Assembly (NCBI RefSeq): GCF_030028105.1
Contig: NC_092379.1
Coordinates: 30,277,715-30,341,714, forward strand
From: Mobula birostris
Lineage: Eukaryota
Length of the DNA stretch: 64,000 bases
Reading direction: 5' to 3'
This document shows, piece by piece, positions 37,817-50,770 of the stretch. Below the pieces are notes generated by a model. It saw only the letters and a list, made by a program, of their open reading frames with translations, made no database searches and was not told where the DNA came from. Numbering within the stretch: position 1 is the stretch's first letter; each line of letters begins with the position of its first letter. Made by a program: the position numbers and the translations under genes.

Positions 37817-39921
37817 CTACCGAGAGCAGAAATGACATACATTCAGGTTGTTGTCCACTGCAAGATCTCATTTATTTCTTATTTTGCTTATTTTTCACAC
37901 GATATAGTTGTATTTACACAATTAATTTCCCATGAAATTGCAGTATCAATGTAATCATTATTAAAAATTGTTAACAACAGTTATAAAGTGATATCTGAAT
38001 TGCAGTGAAAATGCACGAGTTGTTAAATTTCCAAAGTTTATATTCTTGTATTTGTATAACATTGTGTATAAGAGTTAACTCCGGTTATTTGTGAGCTGTA
38101 TTTGAAAGTAAATAATGTTGTGCGCAAGGGTTCATTGGTTTATTAAGTTTGATAATATTAGTTTTCAAAATGCACACCTGAGAAATCGTTGACACAATTT
38201 AATGGACAGAAATATAGAACGAAATAAGGCTGACAAAACCTTATGATTTAAAATAGATATCAGAGAGAATTTGTAAAATATTGCGACTTGGATAATTCAT
38301 TTGCTAATATAAGTTAGTGAGATTTCATGTATACTATCAAATGTTTGTGTTGCTGCTGTAAGACTCAGTCCGAAATCCATCTGTCGGGAATTGCGCTGAA
38401 GTATTTATTTTAGTATAGGTTAATGTGAATATTGGCATTTTTTTCATAGAGTTGCATGCTTCCATATTTATTCACCGACATCTCTCTGTACGTGCGCATG
38501 TGCAACTACTGGCGGTCTTGTTTACGTGTTTCCAGACATGTCCGCTGAAGCGATAGACCCTCCAGCTTGATAATTTATGAATTTCCTCTCTAATTTATCT
38601 GTTGATTTACAACCGATGTGATAATTTTGGTTGTGTGTATGTTATAATTAAGAGATTACGGACACGATTATCTGTTGTATTAATGAAATTTTAAAATTAG
38701 GATTTCGGTAACCCTAATGCTGATATAAGCTTAAACATACTTATGTATATGTCTCAACTAATGTTTCTGTGCTTGCATTTTACTGAAGTTTCATTCATTA
38801 ATGTGTAATAAAAGAGAATAGTGAAATAATGAATGATAGAAACCTATATAGGTATATTCTTTCTCCTACACTTGCGAGAAAATCATGTTAAAAGAAAAGT
38901 GGTCAATCAGACTAATCTAATCAGAGAGCTGATCTTATGTTGACCGAGTTGGTACTTGAATCTTACCCTAGATCCTTACTTAAGTTGCATATATTTTGCC
39001 TCCACGGATCCACTAATACTATGATACAGACGAGTACATTTACCTAGTAGAAAATTAAATGCGCAAGCTTGAAATTCCTCCCAGATAGGATCCCTCGACA
39101 TTTTTTTCTCAACTATTGGCCCATTTTCTTTAATTTATATATCTTGGTTATATATTCATGAAAACGAATTGTCAATGGTTACTCTGCTCCAGACTTACAT
39201 AGCAATGCCGTATATTCACTTTTATGCACAATTTAGGAATACAATATTCTCCCTGTTTATTGATAATTATGTATTTACGTGCTTGCTAGTGACTGCGTCC
39301 AAGTTCAGAGGTATCTGAGTGATGTGCAGGTGTACGTCGTTGACCTGCTCTTGAAACCACATATCTGCGACTGCCCAGTTGTGCATATATTTCAGTTGTT
39401 GTAAAGAGCATTTTGGGAAACGTTCGCCTCAAGAACTTGGCGCCCCTTTGAGTGTACTCTTTATAATCAGGCCAGGATGATCATTTATCTGATTCCGACC
39501 GTGTGTGCTTTTTTTTGAATCCAGAAGTGCCTTTCCATTCTATTGTATGTATGGGAAACTCGTCACTGTATAGTGCAAAAATTGTGAGCTCCTCTCGGGT
39601 AGCAAAATGTGTTACACTTTTTCCCAGGACCGATTTTCACTGCAAAGCTCAATGACTGACGCTATTCTACAGTTGTGAATCTCAATGGGACGCGAGAAAA
39701 CGGGAATAGGTAGTCCCAGCACTCTAGATCTAAATCTGGAGAAATTGTGTTCTAACGTGTCTTGTAATCCTCTGATGACGGAGGTATAAATTGTCTTATA
39801 ACACCTGGTGTATTAGGGTCCATGTTTAAAAAAACTCGAAACCCTCTAAGGTCTTATTTTTTCAAACTTCGGTAAACATTAGGTGCTCTTGGGGACAGTT
39901 CAAAATTTGCTGGAAAAAATA

Positions 39922-39937
39922 TTTATTGATGTTTATT
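39922..39937 (-). terminator. IGHM: Tandem AATAAA signals for secretory IgM mRNA
   Basis: TTTATT on the plus strand at 39922-39927 and 39932-39937, about 30-40 nt after the TGA-TAA stop. Confidence 0.8.
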
Positions 39938-39965
39938 TAAACATTTAATTCAAGTAGTAAAATTA

Positions 39966-40357
39966 TCAGTGACAATAATCGACAGTATCCAACAGTACAA
40001 GGGATACGTTGACAAAGCTGGGTTTACCACTGGACCGATTAATGGTTCTTGTGATGATCTTCATCGGGAGGGTTTCATGTGCTACAACACAGGAGAAAGA
40101 AGCACCTCGGGACCATTGTTCCGAACGAACAGACAACAGGCTGTACATGAAGAATGAATTGTTGCTCTTTTCTGCCGCAACTGCGGTATTCGTGTAGTTA
40201 CGTGAATCCACCCGCGTGTCATCGACCGTCCACATGACGAAAATCTCCCGAGGCGAGAACCCTTTCACTAAGCAGGTGAGGATGACGGTTTTCTCTGTGG
40301 ACTCTTCACTTGTTGGCGGAAGGAGGACAGAGACGGATGGTTCCTGAGGATGTGGAG
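39966..40357 (-). CDS. IGHM: IgM Cmu4 exon plus secretory tailpiece
   Basis: C1-set domain ([25 protein letters not shown]). Internal donor G|GTAAAC at 40028/40027. Tail [20 protein letters not shown] has an N-glycan sequon and penultimate Cys. Confidence 0.97.
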
Positions 40358-40693
40358 CTGCATAAAAACGGGGAGAGGAATTATTATACCGGGAAAATGA
40401 GATGAAATGATGACAGTTTAGACGGGCAGAAATGGTGATTCGGCAGAAATATTAAAAGTATACAGCATTTCACTTCTGTGATGGTTTTCAGTATTCGAGC
40501 TTGTGTTTTGGGACTAGAAGAAGGGGTCACGAAAGACTGTATCCCTTTCCTGTATCAGGTTTTTGAAGTACCTGAGGCGCATTACGAGAGTATTTGACCC
40601 CTCAGATGAATATTAATCTTTCTACCACTTGGTTCTGTGCTGAGAGTTTAACCATATGCTTTAATAGCATTCTTTATCTTTTGGGACACGGGA

Positions 40694-40760
40694 ATTAATC
40701 CCGGGGGAACCAATTTCCCCCGGGAGTAATGAAGTATGACTATGACTACGACTATGACTC
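40694..40760 (+). mobile_element. Tiny 3'-end insertion of a Rex1/Babar LINE with a fold-back 5' end
   Basis: AACCAATTTCCCCCGGGA..AAGTATGACTATGACTA matches the 3' end at 46814-46856. 16-bp stem (1 mismatch) with a 5-nt loop at 40694-40730. Confidence 0.75.
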
Positions 40761-41270
40761 TGGGAACCCTTCAGTTATCCAGGCCAGATGAATTAAACTT
40801 TCGCAGTTCCTTGATGTGTCACTGAACATATTCGCAAAGGGTAAAACTAAGTAAAGCTTTCACTGGAAGATTGTTCCTGCGACGTGGTGAAGGACAGCTA
40901 AGAGTTGGTGAAAGAGGAAGGTATCGGAGAAAGGAGTTTGGATATTCATGGAGTGGTAAGGTAAGCAAAGCAGATGTCAGCAAGTTCACTGTGATGTATC
41001 TGGTTTCCTGCACGTCTTACACACCGACTAAATAGCATGGAAGAACAGCTCATATTCCGACGATGGCGTCAGCAGATCAGACAGAGTCTACAGTGAGAAG
41101 TAAGAAGCCAGCATGGTTTGTCGAGACTCTCCAGCCGGGCTATTTTCCGCAGATATTGGCAACCTGCTGAGTGGTCTCCACCATTTGTTTTGATTAACCC
41201 AAAGAAAAAGTGAAGCAGTGCCGCCCCCTACCCCCCGCCCCAAATACATACGTTACCAACCCCAGCTTAC

Positions 41271-41573
41271 GTTTTCCCTTGCGGATGTATGCTTTTTTTG
41301 GTGTCGGCATTTCCTCGTGGCTAACCACGCATTCGAATAAGTCCCCACTCAGCCAAGCTTGTGTCGAAATATTTAGTTGGCTGATCACGCTATGAGGGGG
41401 ATCTTCTTGCTGGTGGGCAGTCTCTTTTTTCAACACATTCTCTCCTCGCCTCCAGGACACTTCGACGCCGTAAGGCGCATTGGTGATGACGCAGGTTAAG
41501 GTGACGCTCGCCTCCAGTAAGACCTGCTCCACTGGTGGTGGTTGAATTGTTACTTGTACTTCTTCGCATGTAT
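41271..41573 (-). CDS. IGHM: IgM Cmu3 exon
   Basis: (D)[57 protein letters not shown]. 303 nt, phase 1/1, acceptor ccatag, donor GTAAGC. Confidence 0.97.
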
Positions 41574-41853
41574 CTATGGCAAATGAACATCAGTTAAGAA
41601 TCCACAACTGAATCGAAAATATAACATTAATCTTCCGAGATTGAAATAGGGCAAGAACATTTCCGATCTCTCGATCTCTGGACTGTTCCCAGAGAGCGGC
41701 TGTGAACAACTCTAATGTCACTGATCAGATGCCTACATTATGAACAAAATAATATGCTGTTCTTTGTTTGTCCTAATGTCAATGAAGTTCTAACTTTGGA
41801 CTGGTGTCGACACTGACAGTGACATGTAGACTTTCGCCGGAGAGGTCTCTTAC

Positions 41854-42165
41854 CTGGAGGTTGGCTGATATTTCGGCTTTGCGTGTAATTCTTGTGCGTA
41901 ACCTGGCAGGTATAGACAGAGTCTGCGAACCATTCCTTCGCCGTGAAATCCACCTGGCTTGTCGCTGAGAAGTTCCCATTCACCTCAAAAGCAGGGGAGG
42001 TGAGGACGCCGGAATTCACCGGCTGTCCATTTTTCAGCCAGGTCACGGTGAATTTCCCCGGTAGGAAGTCCGTCATAGAACAGATTGCGGTCCCTTTCCT
42101 GCTCCTCTTAATATCTTCAGGGGAGTTCACGGCGATAACGACGTTTGGATGATGCACCTTTATAT
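41854..42165 (-). CDS. IGHM: IgM Cmu2 exon
   Basis: (D)IKVHHPNVVI..AICSMTDFLPGKFTVTWLKNG..YTCQVTH..QPP. 312 nt, phase 1/1, acceptor ctcaag, donor GTAAGA. Confidence 0.97.
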
Positions 42166-42499
42166 CTTGAGGAAAATAAATGTATTTGAAATTAGTTTTA
42201 ATATGTTAAACAGTTAATCATCGATGATTGCACAACACAAGAAAGAACGGAATTCAATTGAATTTTCCTTTCTTCCGACGCCATATCTGCACATGCCACG
42301 CCATATTCAAGTAAACAGCTGTAGTACAAATAGGTATTTAGTTGTGGAGAGTTGAAGATATTTTTCATACAATGCATTTTCCCGTCTCCATGATTGTGGG
42401 GTTCCCCCCACCCCAAGGCCCCTAAAGAGGACGCTTAAAATGTGCACTGAGCTAGACAGTTCAACATTTCAGTTATATTTGGTGAGATAATCTCGAGTC

Positions 42500-44050
42500 C
42501 CTACTGGTAAAGGGGTGGCCACAGAGGTGCCGCAGGGGATGGGTTGCAGATATGTGGAGAACTGAAATCTTTTACTGAAAATTTTGGACTGTACGAAAGG
42601 GAAGTGTTCAACCAGAAGTCATAGGGGTTTTTTTTTAGAGCTGTCGGTTTAGGTTAACTAATGTTCGCTGGGACTGGGCGGACAGAGATTAAAGAGACTA
42701 TGGGAAAGATAGTCTGTTGAATAGGTTGAAAGGTAATGGATTCTCATGAAAAATTATCATATAATCTGATCATGTATCAGATCTTGGAAAAAAAGATGAT
42801 GTTGCAATTACAGAAAGTAATCTGCCACGAGGGCAGAAATGGCAGAAAGGGAGAGAGACGGAGTTAAAAGAGGTGGGGGAGTAGCTTTGGTGATGAGGGA
42901 TTTTATCACAGCTGCGTCTCGAATGAGGCCATGGAATGACCGTTTACTAAGATTTTGTGACAGAAGGCTTGAACAGAAATAATGTAATCACACTGTTGGA
43001 TGTATTCTATTATCATCACCCAGAATGCAACAGAAGCACATGAGTGGGATGGGAGGCAGATTTTGAAAATGTGCAAACGTAACAGGCTTATTATCAGGCG
43101 CTCGAATGGAAGTTCTTAATATTGTTTGGGACTATCCCAGTATAATATAATTTGATGGAGCAGAATGTGATAGATATATCCATGATAGATTGGTGATATA
43201 GTTAGAAGACATGTCAACTAGAGGAGATGACGTATTGTCTGGAACCTGTTGCTAAACCTTTTTAAGTGACAGGTCTCCGGTTGGGTCAGCATTTAACAGG
43301 GCGCAACTATGATTCCCTGACCAGTAGCATAGAATTGGACAAATGTGAACAGTCAGTATATGAAAGTGTTGAACCGAAAGAGAGCTGATTCTGATGATGT
43401 TAAGAAGAACCTTAGGTCTGTAAATTGGGAAATGATTTACTCAGGGAAATATCGAATGGAGACATCTTGGTAGTTTAAAGAACATCTGTAAAAGAGCTGT
43501 GGAAGGCTTGTCACATCGAAGCAAGGAAAGGAAAAATGGGTAAGGGATCATGGATGATATGACGATGGACCATTCAGTAAAGAAAATGGTGAACACACAC
43601 ATCAACGTTTGGATGTAAAGTTCAGTTGAGGCTCTTGAGATTTCTAAAGTCTGCAGGATGCGATTAAAGAAGGGTCTTACGAGTGCCAGATTGAGACATG
43701 AGAATGCTAGCCGAGTGGGATTAACGAATCATCCAAGACGTTTTGCCCATATAGGAATGACAGGTGGCTGAGCAATTCGAGACTAGGCCGGTCACGTATG
43801 AAATAGGAAACAGATATGCAGTACCGGAGGAGGTGGAGCACCTATTTTAAAAAATCCTTTAGTGTTGACCGATAAAATGGAGAATGGCGAATGTGAAATC
43901 AGCATAGAATTGGCTAGTCTGCCAGATAATACTAAGTTTGAAAAATTCAGTGCTGAAACCAAAGAAACTGGACATATGAATCGGATGGGCTGGAGGGCTA
44001 TGAAGGACAGGTATATACAATGTTACAAGAGGAATCCGTGGAAGATATAG
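42500..44050 (+). mobile_element. Highly degenerate CR1 ORF2 fragments in the Cmu1-Cmu2 intron
   Basis: Remnants such as AAAAGAGGTGGGGGAGTAGC (KRGGGVA of the APE domain) and a CR1-like 3' end near 43980-44040. Confidence 0.55.
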
Positions 44051-44059
44051 CTACATTTT

Positions 44060-44810
44060 TGGCGGAGGACCGCCCCGTCTGCAAATGGAGTAGCAGTAAT
44101 TTTATCCTGCTCTTAGTTTTCTTTCTCTCCCCCTGGATTAAACTTTGAATTTAAAATTTTTATTTGTTGACTCTTGAGGGGGAACAATATGTCTATGTCT
44201 ACGAGAAGTAGGAAGAATTTACCTGAACCCAGTGATAAAAGTAATGGGAAAGGAAAGGTGCAAAAGGATGAGCTGATGAAATGCCATCGTGGGCTGAAGA
44301 TATCGTTCGGACACTGAATTCAATTAAGGACCAGAATGAATCAATTATAGACCAACTGGAAAAGGATAGTAATGAAATGAAGTCATTTCTGGGAGAACTT
44401 AAAGACGTGGAAACTCAAGTTATTACACATGAAGAGGGATTGAAATAACTAAGCAAAACTTGTCTGAAGCTACAACTCGTTTGGAAAGATATCAAAATAA
44501 TATTATAGACCTGGAAACTAGGTCTCGTCGAAAAAATATACCAATTGTTGGGCTGCAAGAAGGAGTTGAAGATGGAGATTTAAATGCTTACTTTGGTAAG
44601 CTTTTCCACACTTTATTTCCTAGCATTTTCTTAAAGCCGCCCGCTATGGAAAGGGCACATAGGGAGTTTACTGCGAAATTGAAGGATTCTAGTAAACCAA
44701 GATCTGTTCTGGTTTGCTTTCATCACTTTAAAATTAAAGATCAAATAATGCGACAGACAAGAAAACAGAGAGTTTTCAGATATTTATCTTCGGGAGGGTT
44801 TAATTACTTA
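44060..44810 (+). mobile_element. L1-clade 5' fragment (ORF1 remnant)
   Basis: DLETRSRRKNIPIVGLQEGVE, ERAHR and KPRSVLVCFHHF resemble the ORF1p at 20393-21259. Confidence 0.75.
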
Positions 44811-45609
44811 TGATATTATTAATTAGTATTTTTGAAAATTCAGCTGGGTCAAATATACTATGATTTTTTTTTCCTGTTTTATTATAGCTACACTTTTGGC
44901 AGTGGCCGTTATGTTCTCAATGGTCACAGGAGTACTACCAGAAAATTGTAGGCCAACGAATATTATTCCTTTGATGGTGAATGCTGATTGGGATCATTAC
45001 CAACATTGTCAGCAGTGTTGTATGACGTGGGGAATGATTGTCCAAAATAATGATTCTTTTTTTCTTGAAAAAGACGGCATAAGTTGCTTGGGATTGCTTT
45101 CTACTGGCCAGTGACTTTACAATAGTACTGACACCAGCTATTATCAATACTCTTCAAAGTTTGTCAATCTGGCTTCAGTGGGCGCATAACCAGGACGTAC
45201 GATGCACGAGTTGCTCATATATTAATCACCAATTGCTCTCACAGCTTCAGTTAACACTGATTGTGTGGCTAATCAGATGCTACATCTTTCCCAATGGTAG
45301 CATTTGGGACAGCGGAGGGAACTTGCGCCTTATATCTGCCTTGGTCGAGACTTTTCTCCAACCTACCTCCCGTCAAGTGAGGGGTAGGAAGGAAAATGTC
45401 TGAAGTACAGCGTTTGAAGGCCCTGGAAATTGTAGAGACAGATATATTGGAAGCATTTTAGAGAGTGTAATGCTCATGTATCAATAAAAATTGAGAGCTA
45501 TATGGGATGAATGTGTTCGATTGATCTTGAAGTGGTTGAAAACCTCGGTGTAATAGGTAGGCCTATTCTGCGCTGTACTCATCTCTGTGTTATATTCTGT
45601 GTCCTTCTG

Positions 45610-46856
45610 TGGCCACATTTAGATCCCCTCCAGTTCGCCTACCAGTACCGACTAGGAGTTGAGGATGCCACCGTCTACCTGCTGAACCGTGTCTACGCCC
45701 ACCTGGACAAGACAAGGAGCACTGTGAGGGTCATGTTTTTTGACTTCTCCAGTGCGTTCAACACCATCCGCCCTACTTTACTGGGGGAGAAGCTGACAGC
45801 GATGCAGGTGGATGCTGTCCTAGTGTCATGGATTCTTGATTACCTGACTGGCAGACCGCAGTACGTGTGCTTGCAACACTGTGTGTCCGACAGAGTGATC
45901 AGCAGCACTGGGGCTCCACAGGGGACTGTCTTGTCTCCCTTTCTCTTCACCATTTACACCTCGGACTTCGACTACTGCAAAGAGTCTTGTCATCTTCAGA
46001 AGTTTTCTGATGACTCTGCCATAGTTGGATGCATCAGCAAGGGAGATGAGGCTGAGTACAGGGCTACGGTAGGAAACTTTGTCACATGGTGTGAGCAGAA
46101 TTGTTTGCAGCATAATGTCAAAAAGACTAAGGAGCTGGTGGTTGACCTGAGGAGAGATAAGGTACCGGCGACCACTGTTTCCATCCAGGGGGTCAGTGTG
46201 GACATGGTGGAGGATTACAAATATCAGGGATACGAATTGACAATTAACTGGACTGGTCAAAGAACACTGAGGCTGTCTACAAGAAGGGTCGGAGCCGTCT
46301 CTATTTCCTGTGGAGACTGAGGTCCTTCAACATCTGCCGGACGATGCTGAGGATGTTCTACAAGCCTGTGATGGCCAGTGCGATCATGTTTCCTGTTGTG
46401 TGCTGGGGCAGCAGACTGAGGGTGGCAGACACCAATGGAATCAACAAACTCATTCGTAGGGCCAGTGATGTTGTGGGGAAGGAACTGGACTCTCTGACGG
46501 TGGTGTCTGAAAAGAGGATGCTGTCCAAGTTGCATGCCATCTTGGACAATGTCTCCCATCCACTACATAATGTACTGGTTGGGCACAGAAGTACATTCAG
46601 CCAGAGACTCATTCCACCGAGATGGAACACAGAGAATCATAGGAAGTCATTCCTGCCTGTGGCCATCAAACTTTGCAACTCCTCCCTTGGAGGGTCAGAC
46701 ACCCTGAGCCCATAGGCTGGTCCTGGACTTATTTCCTGGCATAATTTACATATTACTATTTAACTATTTATGGTTTTATTACTAGTTAATTATTTGTGGT
46801 GCAACTGTAACGAAAACCAATTTCCCCCGGGATCAATAAAGTATGACTATGACTAT
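45610..46856 (+). mobile_element. Rex1/Babar-clade LINE, 5'-truncated, antisense in the Cmu1-Cmu2 intron
   Basis: LDPLQFAY, FFDFSSAFNTI, STGAPQGTVLSPFLF and KFSDDSA motifs. 3' end AATAAAGTATGACTATGACTAT. Confidence 0.92.
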
Positions 46857-47399
46857 TTTGAATAAATGGAAAGTGTCAGTAATTAAATTTATTGATGCTC
46901 ACTTGTTTTTGAACACTGCACAGAGAGAAAAAAAATTATTTAAAGGTTTTTTGAAATTCACGAAGCGCTTCGCAATTGCTGGCACAGTTCTTATTACTTT
47001 AGAGAGAGAAGCAAAGTATAACGAGTTTCTCAAACTTCCTGGGTTGCTGGCATACGTTTGTTCTGAGAAAAAAAAAACCTCACAGTTAAAAGCCTCTCTT
47101 TACAGTGGAGGTTCAAGCAACTAGGTGTTATGTAAGAAGAGAGCTAAGATAATGACAAATGAACTGCAAATGTGTGCCACCCATTGTAATACATCTGTGG
47201 AAATAGGATCTAAATGTACGTTACAAAATGGTATCTGGTGCTCCAAAGGCATCCTGCAGATTGAATGTGGCTTGGAGAATAGAATCTTCAGAAGACGTTA
47301 ATTTTATATACTTTCAGTACAGTTAAAACATATCTTGTCTTATTTTTGAACCTTACATTCTCTACTTGACTTCTACCCACAGTTTATCCCAACACTAAC

Positions 47400-47696
47400 C
47401 TGGAAATGGGACTTCCTTAGTTGAACCTTGATGCTGAACGACGCAATAGATGGTGCTGCTCCCTGCTTGCGTCTCGGTGACAGTTAATTGGCTGCTGCGT
47501 GTGTAAGTTCCTTCCTTGTTGAACACAGCCGGATAGGTGTTCACTCCTCTTGTGATTGTCCCTTCATCTGTCTTCCAGGAGACGATGATACCCACCGGGG
47601 AGTAATTCGTTGCCAAGCAGCCGAAGGTGACCGTTTCAGTGGCACTGGATTGCTCACATGAAAGGAGAGGGTAGAGGGTGGGGTGGGTCTCGGCCG
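47400..47696 (-). CDS. IGHM: IgM Cmu1 exon
   Basis: (A)AETHPTLYPLLSCEQ..TFGCLATNYSP..VSW..YPAV..TYTRSSQLTV..IYCVVQH. Contains the extra Cys expected to link to the light chain. 297 nt, phase 1/1, acceptor ctttcag, donor GTTAGT. Confidence 0.97.
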
Positions 47697-48675
47697 CTGA
47701 AAGAACACGATGACATAAAAAAATTAAACGTTGTATTTTTGGCTTATTCGATACTCAAATAAATAGAACGTTTAGTACTCAGGAAATAAATTTCCAGGTT
47801 TGTGTTTGCCGACACCGCCATTACCTTATACTGCACTAAACAATCGACACTGCCTTCAAATTTGTTCCAATCATAGCGAAATACAAATAGTATATACATA
47901 CTTTGATGTGCTTGCCACAACTAAATACTCAAAGCATTCTCTGATCAACAAGGCAGGATAGATCTCCGTGTCAGAATCAAGTCAATTTCAGCTGTATAGG
48001 CCCGAGCTCCCGTCATCATCGGAGGAATACACCTTTTCACTTCATTTTGTTTTTGTTCCTTCCTTCACCGATTCAGTGGACACCAGCTGTAACGATGCCT
48101 GCACAATACACAGCACAACGAACGGACATACAGATATGTTGCAAATTTGGAGAATAGAATCGTGGATTCAGCCATTTTAGAATGTTATGCTTTTAGTGTC
48201 AGTCAGCCATTTGAAAGTGAGAGATTATTTGGAAAAAAGTCGTAATTTAAGTGAAGAACACCACTTTGAGTGGCGACGATTTTGCCTTCCCTGTAATTCC
48301 GTGACGTGAAACGCCGGAGCGCGCTGCAGCTTTAACTTTCGTAATGAGATTAAATTCGATTCCGATGAATATTATTGATAATATTAATCTTTTCAAAACA
48401 TGCAGGCAAATCAAAAAAAAAAGTCGCTAAGTGCTAAGGTGCTATTCCACGCAATTCAGCGTAGCATTGATCTAGAATGACCGTTGTCTCAATTAGTTAA
48501 CTTTAAGGACATTCTCCAAACTTGGATATTTCACACAATGCAATCCTGTGCACAAGTTTACTCAATGGATTTGTAGTATTCACGAAATTCACTTACTTAT
48601 GTCTTCAGAGCCTTCCAAACATTTTTTTGGGAAAGATCAGATGATACTAGTCGAGGGAATGTTGCTAAAAGTTTC

Positions 48676-48987
48676 CCAGTTATAGGCATCCGTTAGTCTG
48701 GTGAGACCATGGATTTGCGCCTTGGGAGGCTTTCCAGGGCGCAGGCCTGGGCAAGGTTGTAGGGAAGACCGGCAGTCACCCATGCTGCAAGTCTCCCCTC
48801 TCCACGCCAATGACGTTGTCCAACGGAAGGGCACTAGGGCCGATACAGCTTGGCACCGGTTTCGTCGCAGAGCAATGTGTGGTTAAGTGCTTTGCTCAAG
48901 GACACAGCACGTTGCCTCAGCTGAGGCTCGAACTAGTGACCTTCAGATCAATAGACCGACGCCTTAAGAACTTGGCCGCGCGCCAAC
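48676..48987 (-). mobile_element. tRNA-derived SINE with a CORE-like central domain, in the J-Cmu1 intron
   Basis: Pol III A-box-like head (TGGCGCGCGGCCAAG), B box GTTCGAGCC, and GTGTCCTTGAGCAAAGCACTTAACC resembling the CORE domain. Confidence 0.7.
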
Positions 48988-50770
48988 ATGTTTCCGAGCT
49001 AAATCATATATTTATAAAACTGGCACACAGTTTGCATAGATTGCAATTGTGAGATTTAAATGAACACTCTCACAACAGTATGCAACAGAGAACTATGAAG
49101 ATTGCAAACTTTCTCAGAAAGCATCCTGCACAAGTAAATCCGTTAGCAAATGTTCACGTTATCAAATCGTACAGAGCACGACAGCAGACTGCGCCGCAGT
49201 TACACGGATTCGAGACCGGAGCTACTCCTCTCGAAGTCCAGTGCGGATGTCACTACACCTGCGGTCGGCACAGTCACACCGTATTAGAATAACATAGATA
49301 TTCCTACAGATGTCAATGACGAAGTTTCGGTTTGTCGATTTGAATTGTAATGGTTTATACACAGAGTGGTATGTCCGTGGATTACTCTACCAATTGAAAT
49401 GGGAAAGACAAATACATGAGCGACATTTAATAAACTATTAGATACCACATAGATAGAGAAAAATCTCCAGAGCTGTACAGCAGTTTAGGTTGATTGGAGA
49501 GCAGGTGAAGAAGTCTGCACAATTTTGTGGGCCGAATGGCCTGCACTGTGCCGTAGTACTCAAATTTCCTAGTCTTATATATTTGAAGTATTTCGGGTAA
49601 ACCAATAGACTTTAAGTTTTAGCTTAAAGACCCTTAAGTCACACCTCCAATCAAAGTATTGTCAAGATGAAATACCAAAAATGTTTCTCCCTCCGTCCAT
49701 GTTGCATGATCCACATAGTTAAAAAATGACATGCTTCATTTAGTCTTACACATTTACTTTCTGCAGTTTTAAATGTTCATACATAAGCTAATATTTTAAA
49801 TAGGAATATTTAAATCAACAACATATGGACAATATATTAATTGTGTTTTTGCGGTAATCATGTGACAATTTATAAAGTAGAAACACTTGCTGCTTCTCTT
49901 ATAGAATGATCAAAACCCGCAATAGAATCCACAACACTACTCGCAGTTATTAAACAATGGCACACATGACCAGATATTAAAATTGAACCTTCGAAACAAT
50001 TTCATTGCAATGACCTTGAGAAGATTATTTATTCAATATCACTGATTTGTCTGCAGTTTACAACTTGTTAAAATAGCCCATAGTATCACAATAAGAATTT
50101 GATTTCATGGGCTATAATTAACACTATAATGCCGTACTGGCATTCCTACGGTATTGGTTAAGGTTTCCATGTCACATGATTTGAAATTAATAGTAATGAT
50201 TTTCCTAGTTTGTGGTTGATGAAACCCGGATTTTTTTCCCATATGTGATTAACTTAATATATGCTGTTGTTTGAATCAATGGCTAGCAATACGATTCCGC
50301 CGTATAACTTATACTTTTCAAAATGTAGCTATTTTAACTACAATTTGTCGTGTTTCTTTTTGTCCTCTCGGTGCAAAAATAGATCAATACAAATTACCCA
50401 CATCTGATGAAAACAACACCAAAAAAATACATATGCTTCAAATTAATCAATAGGATCATATGATCATTAGGTGCATCAAATGTTTCAGATTATTTGGGCC
50501 ATAGCTTCTGCATTGCCTATCGATTTTGCTATTTTAAGCCCATTTTACTCCGTCCTCATAATCCTCAGTTACACTATTCCTCAGGCGACGCGAGCAACCC
50601 GATATAACAACTGATTTCTCAGAATCCATATTTCATACAGAAAGAAACTACTACTCATTCATGATCTTGTGGTCTTATTGTCTAATTTCAAATCCAATGA
50701 TGCGGCCTTTTAACTATCGGATACGAGTTTTTCCTCCATGTGAAAACATGTTCTGCACATCGATTTTAAT

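Noticed and set aside
37817-37871. Longer TM1 exon suggested by ORF 37644-37871
   Set aside because: The upstream AG lacks a polypyrimidine tract, and in the required phase it leads to a stop. The acceptor before 37816 fits the phase and known IgM spacer length.
39320-39620. Possible degenerate extra Ig constant exon between Cmu4 and TM1 (ILLP..REEL, IEWK and YTC fragments on the minus strand)
   Set aside because: The fragments are in different frames and the Trp-to-Cys distance is about 70 codons rather than about 45, so chance is likely. A frameshift-aware C1-set HMM search would settle it.
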